This document shows, piece by piece, positions 1-11,794 of a stretch of 64,000 bases of DNA. The notes under the pieces were generated by a model. The model had not been told where the DNA came from. It saw nothing but the letters and a program-made list of their open reading frames with translations, and did not search any database. The translations under genes were made by a program, and so were the position numbers. The DNA is from Eledone cirrhosa. Taxonomy: Eukaryota. The DNA lies in assembly GCA_964016885.1 (NCBI GenBank), contig OZ024740.1:419926001-419990000 (forward strand), in the 5' to 3' direction. Position 1 is the stretch's first letter, and every line of letters begins with the position of its first letter.

Positions 1-2200
1 AACCCACCTAAAACTCTCCCTGTTCTCTGATAAAACTCTCCATTATAGCAATACCAACTCACCTAAAACTCTCCCTGTTCTCTGATAACACTCTCCATTA
101 TAGCAATACCAACCCACCTAAAACTGTTCCTGCTTGTCTGATAAAACTCTCCATTATAGCAATACCAACCCACCTAAAACTGTTCCTGCTTCTCTGATAA
201 AACTCCCCATTATAGCAATACCAACCCACCTAAAACTGTTCCTGCTTCTCTGATAAAACTCTCCATTATAGCAATACCAACCCACCTAAAACTCTCCCTG
301 TTCTCTGATAAAACTCTCCATTATAGCAATACCAACCCACCTAAAACTCTCCATTATATCAATACCAACCCACCTAAAACTGTTCCTGCTTCTCTGATAA
401 AACTCTCCATTATAGCAATACCAACCCACCTAAAACTGTTCCTGCTTCTCTGATAAAACTCTCCATTATAGCAATACCAACCCACCTAAAACTGTTCCTG
501 CTTCTCTGATAAAACTCTCCATTATAGCAATACCAACCCACCTAAAACTGTTCCTGCTTCTCTGATAAAACTCTCCATTATAGCAATACCAACCCACCTA
601 AAACTGTTCCTGCTTCTCTGATAAAACTCTCCATTATAGCAATACCAACCCACCTAAAACTGTTCCTGCTTCTCTGATAAAACTCTCCATTATAGCAATA
701 CCAACCCACCTAAAACTCTCCCTGTTCTCTGATAAAACTCTCCATTATAGCAATACCAACTCACCTAAAACTCTCCCTGTTCTCTGATAACACTCTCCAT
801 TATAGCAATACCAACCCACCTAAAACTGTTCCTGCTTGTCTGATAAAACTCTCCATTATAGCAATACCAACCCACCTAAAACTGTTCCTGCTTCTCTGAT
901 AAAACTCCCCATTATAGCAATACCAACCCACCTAAAACTGTTCCTGCTTCTCTGATAAAACTCTCCATTATAGCAATACCAACCCACCTAAAACTGTTCC
1001 TGCTTCTCTGATAAAACTCCTCATTATAGCAATACCAACCCACCTAAAACTGTTCCTGCTTGTCTGATAAAACTCTCCATTATAGCAATACCAACCCACC
1101 TAAAACTGTTCCTGCTTCTCTGATAAAACTCCCCATTATAGCAATACCAACCCACCTAAAACTGTTCCTGCTTCTCTGATAAAACTCTCCATTATAGCAA
1201 TACCAACCCACCTAAAACTCTCCCTGTTCTCTGATAAAACTCTCCATTATATCAATACCAACCCACCTAAAACTGTTCCTGCTTCTCTGATAAAACTCTC
1301 CATTATAGCAATACCAACCCACCTAAAACTGTTCCTGCTTCTCTGATAAAACTCTCCATTATAGCAATACCAACCCACCTAAAACTGTTCCTGCTTCTCT
1401 GATAAAACTCTCCATTATAGCAATACCAACCCACCTAAAACTGTTCCTGCTTCTCTGATAAAACTCTCCATTATAGCAATACCAACCCACCTAAAACTGT
1501 TCCTGCTTCTCTGATAAAACTCTCCATTATAGCAATACCAACCCACCTAAAACTGTTCCTGCTTCTCTGATAAAACTCTCCATTATAGCAATACCAACCC
1601 ACCTAAAACTCTCCCTGTTCTCTGATAAAACTCTCCATTATAGCAATACCAACTCACCTAAAACTCTCCCTGTTCTCTGATAACACTCTCCATTATAGCA
1701 ATACCAACCCACCTAAAACTGTTCCTGCTTGTCTGATAAAACTCTCCATTATAGCAATACCAACCCACCTAAAACTGTTCCTGCTTCTCTGATAAAACTC
1801 CCCATTATAGCAATACCAACCCACCTAAAACTGTTCCTGCTTCTCTGATAAAACTCTCCATTATAGCAATACCAACCCACCTAAAACTGTTCCTGCTTCT
1901 CTGATAAAACTCCTCATTATAGCAATACCAACCCACCTAAAACTGTTCCTGCTTGTCTGATAAAACTCTCCATTATAGCAATACCAACCCACCTAAAACT
2001 GTTCCTGCTTCTCTGATAAAACTCCCCATTATAGCAATACCAACCCACCTAAAACTGTTCCTGCTTCTCTGATAAAACTCTCCATTATAGCAATACCAAC
2101 CCACCTAAAACTCTCCCTGTTCTCTGATAAAACTCTCCATTATAGCAATACCAACTCACCTAAAACTCTCCCTGTTCTCTGATAAAACTCTCCATTATAG
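1..2200. repeat. 55/56-bp minisatellite (~39 units visible, truncated by window start)
   Basis: Unit AACCCACCTAAAACTGTTCCTGCTTCTCTGATAAAACTCTCCATTATAGCAATACC (56 bp) mixed with a 55-bp CTCTCCCTGTTC variant; one internally deleted unit near 336-365. Confidence 0.97.
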
Positions 2201-2571
2201 ATTGTTCATGAATTTTTTTGTAAGAACTTTGTTGTCACGTTCTTAACATCAACTTAATGAAGTTAATTTACTAAAACCTTCCAAATTCTTGATTAATTGA
2301 AATACATTCAAAGTTTTTCATGCCAAATACAGTCATAAAAGGATTAAAGAAGAGAGGGGCCAGCTCACCCCCTCCCACACTTTGTATAGCTTAGTCAGAG
2401 GATGAAAGAAAACAACCATAACTATGTTGTTGAGCCTTAAAGACTAGGGACTGGAAAGTTGGGGGGAATCACTTAGCTTATTCTAGTAGAAAGTAGGGCA
2501 CCAACATATTGATTTAGGGTTCAGCTGATGGTGTTAAATCTGGCAAAAGATTAGGTTTACCACCACGCAAG

Positions 2572-2772
2572 TATGAAGCTTGGCTGAAAAGTTCATTGAC
2601 TAACCAAGATACTCTCATGGAATGACCAAATGAGGTTTATTTTTCAACATAGTCCCTGGAAAGTAACAATACAGTTATAAATAAGAAAAGTTGAAATCAA
2701 TGCATGCAAGATTTCACAGCTCTATCATCACTCATTCATAGTCAGCCTATGAACTTTTCCTCCGACCCTCAT
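2572..2772. mobile_element. Tc1/mariner-like MITE (degenerate)
   Basis: Imperfect TIRs TATGAAGCTTGGCTGAAAAGTTCATTGACTAAC / GTCAGCCTATGAACTTTTCCTCCGACCCTCAT; right half recurs near 54995-55065. Confidence 0.55.
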
Positions 2773-3256
2773 CATCATCATCATCATCCTCATCATCACC
2801 GTTTTACGTCCGTTCTTCCATGCTAGCATGGGTTAGACGGGTTGTCCTGTTGTGGGCTGTGTCCAATGGGCTTCCATACAGTTTCTAACTATTATCTCAT
2901 TTTAGTTGTGAGATACAAAAGACATTTCTCTTGTTCATTTATTGCCTCGTATAAAATTATTGAAATGAAAGACAAACATATTCAATGGTGGTGCCCCAGC
3001 ATGGCCTCAGCCTGTTGGCTGGAACATCTAATCGAGTAATATATAATCTCACATCATGAAAAACCATTGACATTATATAAAAATTATTGAGTAGTATATA
3101 CCACAAAATATGTTTTGGTCCAGCTCTCTACTGTGCCCGCTACTCCATGGATATGATGATGCCAATGGTAATGTTTATTTGTCAGAAATGCACTGAGTGA
3201 AAGAACATTACTATATTTTTCAATGAGAAAAACAAAAATCAAAGTTACCCCTTTAA

Positions 3257-3464
3257 CTCTTTAGCATTCAAACCGACCGTATCTGGTTAGAATTCTCTCA
3301 CCTCTTTCTGTTCAAACCGGCTGTTACTGGCTGCTCATACTGATGTTACAGTATTGTTCTCTAAATAAATAATATCAAAATCTCATAGATTTGATATTAT
3401 GTGAGATAAAGTGTATACCGAGAAAATACAATAGTAAATATAGAGTAATGTAAATGGTAAAGGG
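3257..3464. mobile_element. piggyBac-like MITE
   Basis: TTAA|CTCTTTAGCATT...AATGGTAAAGGG|TTAA; opposite-orientation copy at 48415-48623 and a partial copy ending at 16977. Confidence 0.75.
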
Positions 3465-3612
3465 TTAAAGAGACAAAATCTGATTCCATCTGCTCCTTTG
3501 CCCTCCACCTTCTCATTCAATTAAATAGGGTTTTCATTGCCCATTGATAGATACCTCTGATTATGAAATGTCAAACAGTTGATGCTATTTATCAATTACA
3601 TGAACTAAATAT

Positions 3613-3795
3613 AATTGTTTCTACTTTAGGCACAAGGCCAGCAATTACCCAGTACATTACTGGTACTTTATTTTATCGACCCTGTAAGGATGAAAGGCAA
3701 AGTTAACTTCAGCGCGATTTGAACTCAGAATGGCAAGGGATATAACACTATGCGTCAAAGCATAGTGTACGACCCTCTACCAATACTGCCAATCC
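3613..3795 (-). mobile_element. tRNA-derived SINE, family A (Meta-domain-like centre)
   Basis: Minus strand has A box TGGCAGTATTGG, B box GAGTTCAAATC and central GCCTTTCATCCTTACAGGGTCGATAAAATAAAGTACCAG; at least five copies in window. Confidence 0.85.
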
Positions 3796-3849
3796 AAATG
3801 CTAGTTAACTTTAAATATCTTAAACAATAGTATGTCTCTATTTCTTTAA

Positions 3850-4125
3850 ATTGAGAGATCATTGCTCTGATACTATGGACATGTGGTTAGAATGTCTCAG
3901 GAAAGAGTCGCTGGACAGATTTTTACAGGCAAAACCAACTGGCAGGAGACCCAGAGGTTGACCCCAAGCTAGATGGTTAGATAACATTCATGAGCTTGGC
4001 TGGTCTAGCTTATGGGATCCAGCCAGATCAGTTGGAGTCTGTTCCTTCTGACAGGACCCACTGGAGGGAGTGTTTCAGGACAGTGACCTCACGACCCTCT
4101 CAGGAATAAGTGGGCAAAAATGGAA
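3850..4125 (+). mobile_element. RTE-clade LINE 3' fragment (family 1)
   Basis: Translates with stops/frameshift to IERSLL*YYGHVVRMSQER...GRRPRG*PQARWLDNIHE, a typical RTE C-terminus; homologous to 29310-29590 and 24565-24945. Confidence 0.85.
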
Positions 4126-4379
4126 AATAATGTACCCATCTAACCCTTGTTAGCAGAGAAAACAAGCATTTAACATTGTTGTTGATTATGATGATGATGG
4201 TATACACACCTTTAATTGATATTCAGTTTCAAAGTGAAGAAGTTAAATATAATTATTTTCAAGTTTTGTTTCTAAATATATAGCAGTAATCCCCTATTAC
4301 TTAACTTTCTTCTATAATGTCTATGGGAAAGGTATGAACATCACAACTTTACATTTTCTCTCTTATATAATGAACCAAG

Positions 4380-4660
4380 ATATATATGTGTTTAAGTGTA
4401 TCTGTTTATATGTACTTGCGTGTATATGTGTTTGAGTGTATATGTATATATATCTCTTTCAGTGTATGCGTGTATATGTGTTTGAGTGTATATGTATATG
4501 TGTTTCAGTGTACGTATGTATATATCTGTTTCAGTGTATGTGTGTATATGTATATATATCTCTTTCAGTGTATGCGTATATATGTGTTTGAACATATGTG
4601 TGATTGTGTTTGTGTGTTATGATGATGATGTGTTTGAGTGTGTGTGTATATATTTGTTGG
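4380..4660. repeat. TG/TA low-complexity repeat
   Basis: Degenerate (TG)n/(TA)n with recurring TTTCAGTGTA. Confidence 0.9.
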
Positions 4661-5059
4661 TGTGTAGCATATGTAAATGCTGTTGAAGTTAGCCTTTCCT
4701 TTAAACATGTATTATTGAAAAGTTGACCATACACCACATGTTGACTTGTAATATTTTATTATTAGTCCTGAGTGTTTTATTAGGAACAATACATGTCAGG
4801 GGTCCATTAGTGTTTCCCATCATTCAATAACAAAACAAACACAGCTACAGATACAAAGTACATAAACCAACAGTACCCTGCTTATAGACTGGATGAACAG
4901 GTTCTTCATTGATCAGAAAACAACCATACATCATACCGAATCATAATAATACATTACTGTAACATAACATAAACATTTAAAATCTCTTTATTAACACAAA
5001 CTATACAGCTGCTGGCTGCAGCATTAAAAAAATATATTAGCAAGAGGAGGAAAGGTAAT

Positions 5060-5265
5060 GCTTTTTTGAATTCCATATGTCAAACACCTGTGGACATGCC
5101 TACAAAATCAGAAAACAGTACAGTTCCCATGACTTTCAGAAACATTTTTCACGCTCAGAGCTGCTGAAGCATGGAACAAACTACCTGCATCAGTTGTTAG
5201 CTGTCAGGACACTGCATCTTTCAAAACTTCCATGCTTCCCAAAATTTACCAACACTACACTTGAT
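5060..5265 (+). mobile_element. CR1/L2-type LINE ORF2 3' fragment
   Basis: TCGHAYKIRKQYSSHDFQKHF then frameshift to TLRAAEAWNKLPASVVSCQDTASFK, matching the TRGH..K...FF..RV...WN.LP..VV...FK C-terminal motif. Confidence 0.8.
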
Positions 5266-5384
5266 ATTCCCCCTCCGTACACATAATGCTTATGTGTATG
5301 TGTGTAACGTGTGTGTGTGTGTAGGTTTAGCTGGCCTCCAAGGTATATTTCGTTGGAGGTGTCTTGGGTGATTTAATGATAGGG

Positions 5385-5542
5385 ACCCCAGTCCTATCAT
5401 ATCTTTTCTACAGATGAGTAAACTGCAGCAACGTGAAATAAAGTGTCTTGCTCAAGGAAACAACACATCACCCGGTCCGAGAATTGAACTCACAACCTTT
5501 CGATTGCAAGCCCAATGCTCTAACCACTAAGCCATGTGCCTT
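5385..5542 (-). mobile_element. tRNA-derived SINE, family B (CORE-like)
   Basis: Minus strand TGGCTTAGTGG A box, GAGTTCAATTC B box, then CCTTGAGCAAGACACTT; near-identical to 50570-50725. Confidence 0.85.
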
Positions 5543-6231
5543 CACAACATGACTCGTACTTTGTTATCTTTCCTGACATTTGTACATTATTCTGTGTACT
5601 ATATATGCACATTTGATGAGTTGCACTGCACCTGAGCACTGTACACAATAATTTCATTATCCCTTTCATGGGCTCTAAGACTGGGGAGAGGATGTTACCT
5701 GCTGAACAAAAAGAAAACAAAATTAAGTGACTAATGTAATTTTCTAAATTCATTTGCATATATAAAATACCAGACTTTCTCATTGGCTGGTCGTATATTT
5801 ACTACAAAAAGGAACTATTTCAACACAAAATATAACTACATATAAAAAAAGATTAGCTGATAACACAGCTGTCTTAAATATAATTTCTCAACAAACTAGA
5901 CGGTCATGGAAACTACATTAATACAGGAATAATATGCAATCCCTTCTCCCCTCGCTTCTCCCCATTCCACCCCCTACACAAGTAGCACATCCTAGCAACA
6001 AACTAATAGAAAACTATTTCATAATTACTGCAAAAACCTGATCAAACACAGTCCAAAGATAACCAATGAAAAACAGACACATCATTATTGAGATTTTTGC
6101 ATTCAATAAAATGACAAAAAGCCTTGTTTTTTTTTCTTTTGCTACCTGATTTACCTGCAATTCTACACTGCAAACACTCAACAAGTCTCCTAAACTTTCA
6201 TTCACTATATCCCCAGCCTCACCATTATATA

Positions 6232-6752
6232 TATGATGGCTACAACTTGATTTCGAGTAATGCCATTGCTTGATACTTAAGCATGATCATCATGGATGTG
6301 GCTTTTTAGTCCTGTAGGGACTTGCCTATGGCCAGCAATACCATGTACTGCAAAGATTGTCACATATCAAACGATGCCTCTGCTTGAAGCTTTTTTAAGT
6401 GAGGAAAATCTTTCCATGGGGGCCAATCCCACTGTCTGAACATCGAGTGCAAAAAATGAACTGGTCTACATCATTGGATTGCAAATGAAGTCACAGGTTT
6501 TATATCAGAGTGACCTTCTAGAGAGATGTTTTAATGAAGACGAGGAGTCTCTCACTCCACAAAATAAAAAACTATTGGATAGCTGTTGACTCTTTGACGG
6601 GTTTATTTTTCATCCCGCCGGGTGTCCAATTTCACCCTCTTCAACAAGCAAGCTTGGTGGGGTTGCCAGTTTAGTTGCCGATGACCCGACCTTGCACAAG
6701 TTGTACGGGGTTACATGTTACCAGTAGTGCTGAAGAGTGACTTGACATGATA
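6232..6752 (-). mobile_element. Probable internally deleted RTE-type element
   Basis: Minus strand has a GLKSHIH-like remnant and ends ...TACTCGAAATCAAGTTGTAGCCATCAT; distal part is relatively CpG-rich and 5'UTR-like; recognition is tentative. Confidence 0.35.
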
Positions 6753-7126
6753 TATACACCAGATCCTAAAACTCCTTTGGTCATTCCAACCCAACATGGC
6801 AACCAAGATGGACAGCATCCCTTCCATTACCCACAAATAGTGCACTACTAAACTAGGCCCTCCTCCTATCTATGTAACTCTTCAATCTCTCTCTCCCTCT
6901 CTCTCTCATCCCTTTATCACCCCCTCTCTATCATTGTACCCCCCTCTATCACCCAACCCCCACTATCACCAAACCTCCTCTAACACCTTACCCCCCTCTA
7001 TCACCCTCTCTCTATCCCCTACTCCCTCTCTGTCTACCCACCAGTGATCTGTAGCACTTCTGAACTTGTCAACTTCAGTAAAAGTAATATTGTTGGGTTT
7101 GTCGTCAGCAAATTGTCTTCAAATAT

Positions 7127-7792
7127 GTCTGACACAAGAGCTCCCTAGCTACGTTGTCTGACATAAGAGCTCTCTAGCTACATTGCCTGACACAAGAGCT
7201 CTCTTGCTACACTGTCTGACACAAGAGCTCTCTAGCTACATTGTCTAACACAAGAGCTTTCTAGCTACATTGCCTGACTGAAGAGCTCCCTAGCTACATT
7301 GTCTGACATAAGAGCTCTAACTATGTTAGCTGACACAAGAGCTCTCTAGCTACATTGTCTGACACAAGCGCTCTCTAGCTATATTGCCTGACGCAAGAGC
7401 TCCCTAGCTACGCTGTCTGACACAAGAGCTCCCTAGCTGCATTGCCTGACACAAGAGCTCTCTAGCTACATTGCCTGACACAAGAGCTCTCTAGCTACAT
7501 TGTCTGACACAAGAGCTCTTAGCTACATTGCCTGACACAAGAGCTCTCTAGCTTCATTGTCTGATACAAGAGCTCCCTAACTACATTGCCTGGCACAAGA
7601 GCTCTCTAGCTTCATTGTCTGACACAAGAGCTCTCTAGCTACATTGCCAGACACAAGAGCTCCCTAGCTACATTGTCTGCAAGAGCTCTCTAGCTACATT
7701 GCCTGACACAAGAGCTCTCTAGCTATGTTGTCTGACACAAGAGCTCTCTAGCTATGTTGTCTGACACCAGAGCTCCCTAGCTACATTGCCTA
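7127..7792. repeat. 29-bp minisatellite (~23 units)
   Basis: Unit GTCTGACACAAGAGCTCTCTAGCTACATT; period 29 verified at 7442/7471; contains palindromes AGAGCTCT and TAGCTA. Confidence 0.95.
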
Positions 7793-7852
7793 CATACAGT
7801 TTCCATACATTTCTCATTTCCTAGTTCAGAAGTTTTTTGTGACAGTCTAGAC

Positions 7853-8503
7853 CAAAGGTTCTCAAAGTGGACGCTACCCCCCCCCCCCCCCCCCCACACA
7901 CACTTCCTCTGCATTTCAATATTACTCAATGTAAAATGTAATGTAATGCATGAAAAATTGGAAAACATTATTTTTTGTAATATATCAAATCAAAATTACA
8001 TTATTAAATCTTATCTTGTTTCAAAACTTTTGTGAATATCATGTCAATTACCTATGGCTTAAATTTCATATATATCGAAAGGAAAAAATTTTCAGCAGTG
8101 GTTTGGGCCCCCGGGGAACCATAATAGGGGGTTTAACCCCCATTAGGGTGTCTTAATATTATTGAAATTTGCTGAAATTTTGTCATTTACCTATGGTTTA
8201 AATTTCATATAAATTGAAGGGAAAAACATTTTCAGCGTGGGTTTGTGCCCCCCAGGGAACCCTTTGATTAAAATGAAATATACTTATCCAAGTACCCTGG
8301 GTAATGTAGTTTCAGAATATATATTGTTATGGGGGTCTATCTCCAAAACCATAGGAGGAGTTTGTGAACAAACAAACAAAACAGGAACTACAACTTTATA
8401 TATAGAGATATATCATTTACAATTTGTGTGTAAACAGGTCTCTCTGGAAATAGGGTTGGGGGTGCTAAGGGTATTTGTGGCCCCAAAAGTTTGAGAACCT
8501 CTG
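7853..8503. mobile_element. hAT (Charlie-like) non-autonomous element
   Basis: TIRs CAAAGGTTCTCAAA / TTTGAGAACCTCTG; 8-bp flanks GTCTAGAC / GTCTACGC (6/8), fitting the NTCTAGAN target preference. Confidence 0.75.
8000..8408 (-). mobile_element. Helitron-like fragment nested in the hAT element
   Basis: Minus strand starts A|TCTCTATATATAAAG followed by (GTTT)n; internal duplication 8025-8120 / 8178-8262; 3' end not identified. Confidence 0.45.
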
Positions 8504-8807
8504 GTCTACGCTATTGCAACATGTACTTCCAAAAGGTTGCTTGACATACAATTTATCAGCTCTGGTAGGCACCAAGTTTACTCTGCAGTCTTCCTTCAGT
8601 TCATTACAACACTAATAACACACACTTTTCTACAAATGATACCTTGCTTCACTTATTCTTACCCTTCTACATTCAGGTGTTATTTACACACAACCTAAAC
8701 ACCTTACACTTGACATACTAGGAATATATAAACAACAACCTTTAGAACATCTCTCAAGAGAGACATGACAAATTAAGTTATTTCAATATTACAGAAACTC
8801 ATGAAGT

Positions 8808-9075
8808 TGCATGGCCTAGTGGGGAGGGTGTTGGACTTGCAATCATAATGTCAGGGGTTCGATTCCTTGACATGGTGGTGTGTTGAGTTTGTAAGCAAAA
8901 GTCTTCATTTCACATTGTTGAATTACACTCAGCTAAAAATGAGTACCAGCAGAGGCTGGGAGTTAACCCTGTGATGGACTGGCATCCTATACAGGGGGAT
9001 GTTTTGTACTCTCAGTCACATATCACCAAGGAATAATCACCAGCCTGATGAGCCTCTGAGCTTGAGACAGACTCA
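8808..9075 (+). mobile_element. SINE family B, near full length, degenerate
   Basis: TGGCCTAGTGG...GGTTCGATTCC head, CORE-like segment, 3' part AACCCTGTGATGGACTGGCATCC; homologous to 26003-26335. Confidence 0.8.
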
Positions 9076-9669
9076 CAAAAACTCATCTATTCATATCAAG
9101 GAATCAGTATTGTACTTCACATTCTCTAGTCATAAACAACACACAACTAAAACCCTCACATGTACGGCCTATTACATAATGGGGGTCATGGTTGCTGCAG
9201 ATATTAATGACTTTACTGGCTTTATTATACAGAAACTATGTAATATGACAGTTGTAGCTTAATAACGTCTGTCTTCCTCATTTGGTGGTTGTTGTGGTCC
9301 ATGTTTGGTTTGTCGAATTTGGAGGGCGGGTCACAGGTTGATTTAGCAGGAGTCATGAGTACAGGTTGGCATTCTGTTTGGGATGTTTGCTCAATATTTT
9401 GTGGACAGATTAGAGTAATAACGGTCTTATTTACGTATATATATAAAATCTACATTATCACAACTATATTAGAAAGATCAGGATTCCTTGTTAGAACAAA
9501 GAAATAGTTGACCCCTGGTCAGTTGTTAACCCTCTACAAAAGTCAGGTATAAGCCACATTACAATATTATCCACATGAGATGGTGTTAAAATATATCTAA
9601 AATGTCATCTGACTGGCAAAGATTCAATTACTAACAAGCTTCAGGTATTCTCTTCCTTTGAACTAACTG

Positions 9670-9953
9670 GTTACACACCTCATAATGTGTGTGTGCTGCA
9701 CACCTCATAAATGTGTGTGTGTGTTGCACACCTAAATGTGTGTGTGTTACATACCTCATAAATGTGTATGTGTGTTGTATACCCCATAAATATATGTGTG
9801 TATGTGTATGCGTTGCACACTCCATAAATGTGTGTGTGTTGCATACCCCATAAATATATGTCTGTGTGTATGTGTTTGTTGCATATCCCATAAATGTGTG
9901 TGTGTGTGATGTACACCCCATAAATATGTGTGTGTGTGTGTGTGTGTGTGTGT
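9670..9953. repeat. TG-rich short minisatellite
   Basis: About eight copies of CCCATAAATGTGTGTGTGTTGCA-like unit ending in pure (TG)n. Confidence 0.9.
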
Positions 9954-9954
9954 A

Positions 9955-10190
9955 CTGAAGTGAGGCTACTGACCTCCCAGACAGGCTGAAGAATCTGTAT
10001 CCTATTTACATACAGTCTTATCAAATGCAGAGAAGTTGTCATGTCTTTTGACACTGACTGAAGGGTCTCTCTAACTCCTTGTTTGGCAAGTTGTCTATGA
10101 CTAGATGCCCGTCCTACATGAAATACTGGTGGACTGGGCACTTTTTGTTGTGGCACTGCACCGAGAAATGGACTCTTCATACTACATCAT
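9955..10190. mobile_element. Unclassified dispersed repeat fragment
   Basis: GAAGTTGTCATGTCTTTTG...CTGAAG matches the reverse complement of ~13105-13140. Confidence 0.5.
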
Positions 10191-10235
10191 AGTCTACCTG
10201 TCTAGTAACTCCAGATATCAACTGTTATAGGATTG

Positions 10236-10270
10236 AGTGGTGGTGATAGTAGTAGTGGTAGTGGTGGTGA

Positions 10271-10301
<31 letters not shown>

Positions 10302-10435
10302 GGTGATAGTAGTAGTAGTAGTAGTGGTGGTGGTGGTAGTACTAGTAGTGGTGGTGGTAGTAGTAGTGGTGGTGATAGTAGTAGTGGTAGTGGTGGTGAT
10401 AGTAGTAGTAGTAGCAGTGGTGGTGGTGGTGGTGA

Positions 10436-10472
<37 letters not shown>

Positions 10473-10696
10473 AGTACTAGTAGTGGTGGTGTTGGTGATA
10501 GTAGTAGTGGTGGTGATAGTAGTAGTAGTAGTGGTGGTAGTACTAGTAGTGTTGGTGATAGTAGTAGTGGTGGTGATAGTAGTAGTAGTGATGGTGGTAG
10601 TAGTAGTAGTGGTAGTGGTGGTGGTGGTGGTAGTAGTAGTGATGGTGGTAGTAGTAGTAGTAGTGGTGGTGATAGTAGTAGTAGTGGTGGTGGTGA

Positions 10697-10728
<32 letters not shown>

Positions 10729-10775
10729 TTAGTAGTGGTGGTGATAGTAGTAATAGTAGTGGTGTTGGTAGTAGT
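10236..10775. repeat. Compound (AGT)/(GGT) trinucleotide tract
   Basis: Direct inspection; source of the poly-Ser/Gly, poly-Val and Leu/Pro ORFs. Confidence 0.97.
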
Positions 10776-11551
10776 ATAACCTGTATCCCTATATCCATCA
10801 AGCAGGGAAAAGCGGACGTAAAAAAAAAAAGCATTTAAGTCTAATCTGGAAATGAACCTAACACGGCTTTAGGAAATTTGAACCTTACATAATGATTTAT
10901 GCAGTTACGGATATATAACTATATATATATATATATATAAATATAAATTTAGCGAGAATCGCATTTCGCCGGGTAGAAATTAGCGAAACGCAACTTCCGT
11001 ATTGTGCAGACAAGCGCTCCATGGATATGAAGAAGATACCAGAGCTATAAACATAAGTTAAAAAGGTCATACACGCTGAGACGATGGTTAAGAAGCCATT
11101 AACCACCAGAGCCAAAAAAGCGAACAAGCTAAATGGGTCAAACAAAATCAAATATGATTGAAATAGTTACACGGACCCTCGGGGAAGATGGAATACTCCG
11201 ATATAGGGTTTCTGCAACACCTAAATCAATAATACTGTCTGCTTATAAAAAATAAGCTTTTGGTATAATGATCGAACAAGGAATCGCTTTCTCAACAGGC
11301 ATTTTGTTCTTCGTGGTCCAGAATCTCACAGGTTATTAAAGCACAGGTTATTAAAGCACATGTGAGGTTCAAAGAGGAGAAAACCCCTATTTTGGCCAGT
11401 GAATTCAGCGTATGTAGTTATTGCAAAAATTTGCAAAAATAGCACAAAACGAATAAAGCTCTCGGCCGAGTTGTATTTAAAATAAACTTAAGCGATTAAT
11501 CAGTCAATAGAATTAACTAAAAGCCAAAAAAAATTTACTGGCTAATCGCTT

Positions 11552-11553
<2 letters not shown>

Positions 11554-11650
<97 letters not shown>
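11554..11650. repeat. (TA)n(CA)n microsatellite
   Basis: Direct inspection. Confidence 0.98.
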
Positions 11651-11794
11651 ACATTTGTCCCAAAATTAAGGGTACTGATGTTTTATTTAAATGTGTATTA
11701 GACATACATGAAATTATAAATTTTCTTCTTCAAAATATGACTCTTGGGGAGTCACACAGTAGCTCCAATGTTTCTTCCATTGATTGTAGCATTG

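Noticed and set aside
2201-2225. Possible micro-exon after the first array (TTATAG|ATTG...TTT|GTAAG)
   Set aside because: 19 nt, not frame-preserving, and adjoins a TTAA-MITE fragment related to 47034-47273
8677-8768. Strong pyrimidine tract and CAG followed by a short open frame (VIYTQPKHL...)
   Set aside because: No donor, homology or other support
9225-9450. Open minus-strand frame (VNKTVITLICPQNIEQ...)
   Set aside because: No recognisable domain and a weak acceptor; cannot be distinguished from chance
9680-10180. 166-aa ORF with a natural-looking N-terminus (MKSPFLGAVPQQ...)
   Set aside because: Overlaps a dispersed repeat shared with ~13105-13140 and RTE-tail motifs, and ends in a CA microsatellite
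10202-10838. Ser/Gly-rich ORF resembling a structural or shell-matrix protein
   Set aside because: Compound AGT/GGT microsatellite open in multiple frames; no signal peptide or splice context
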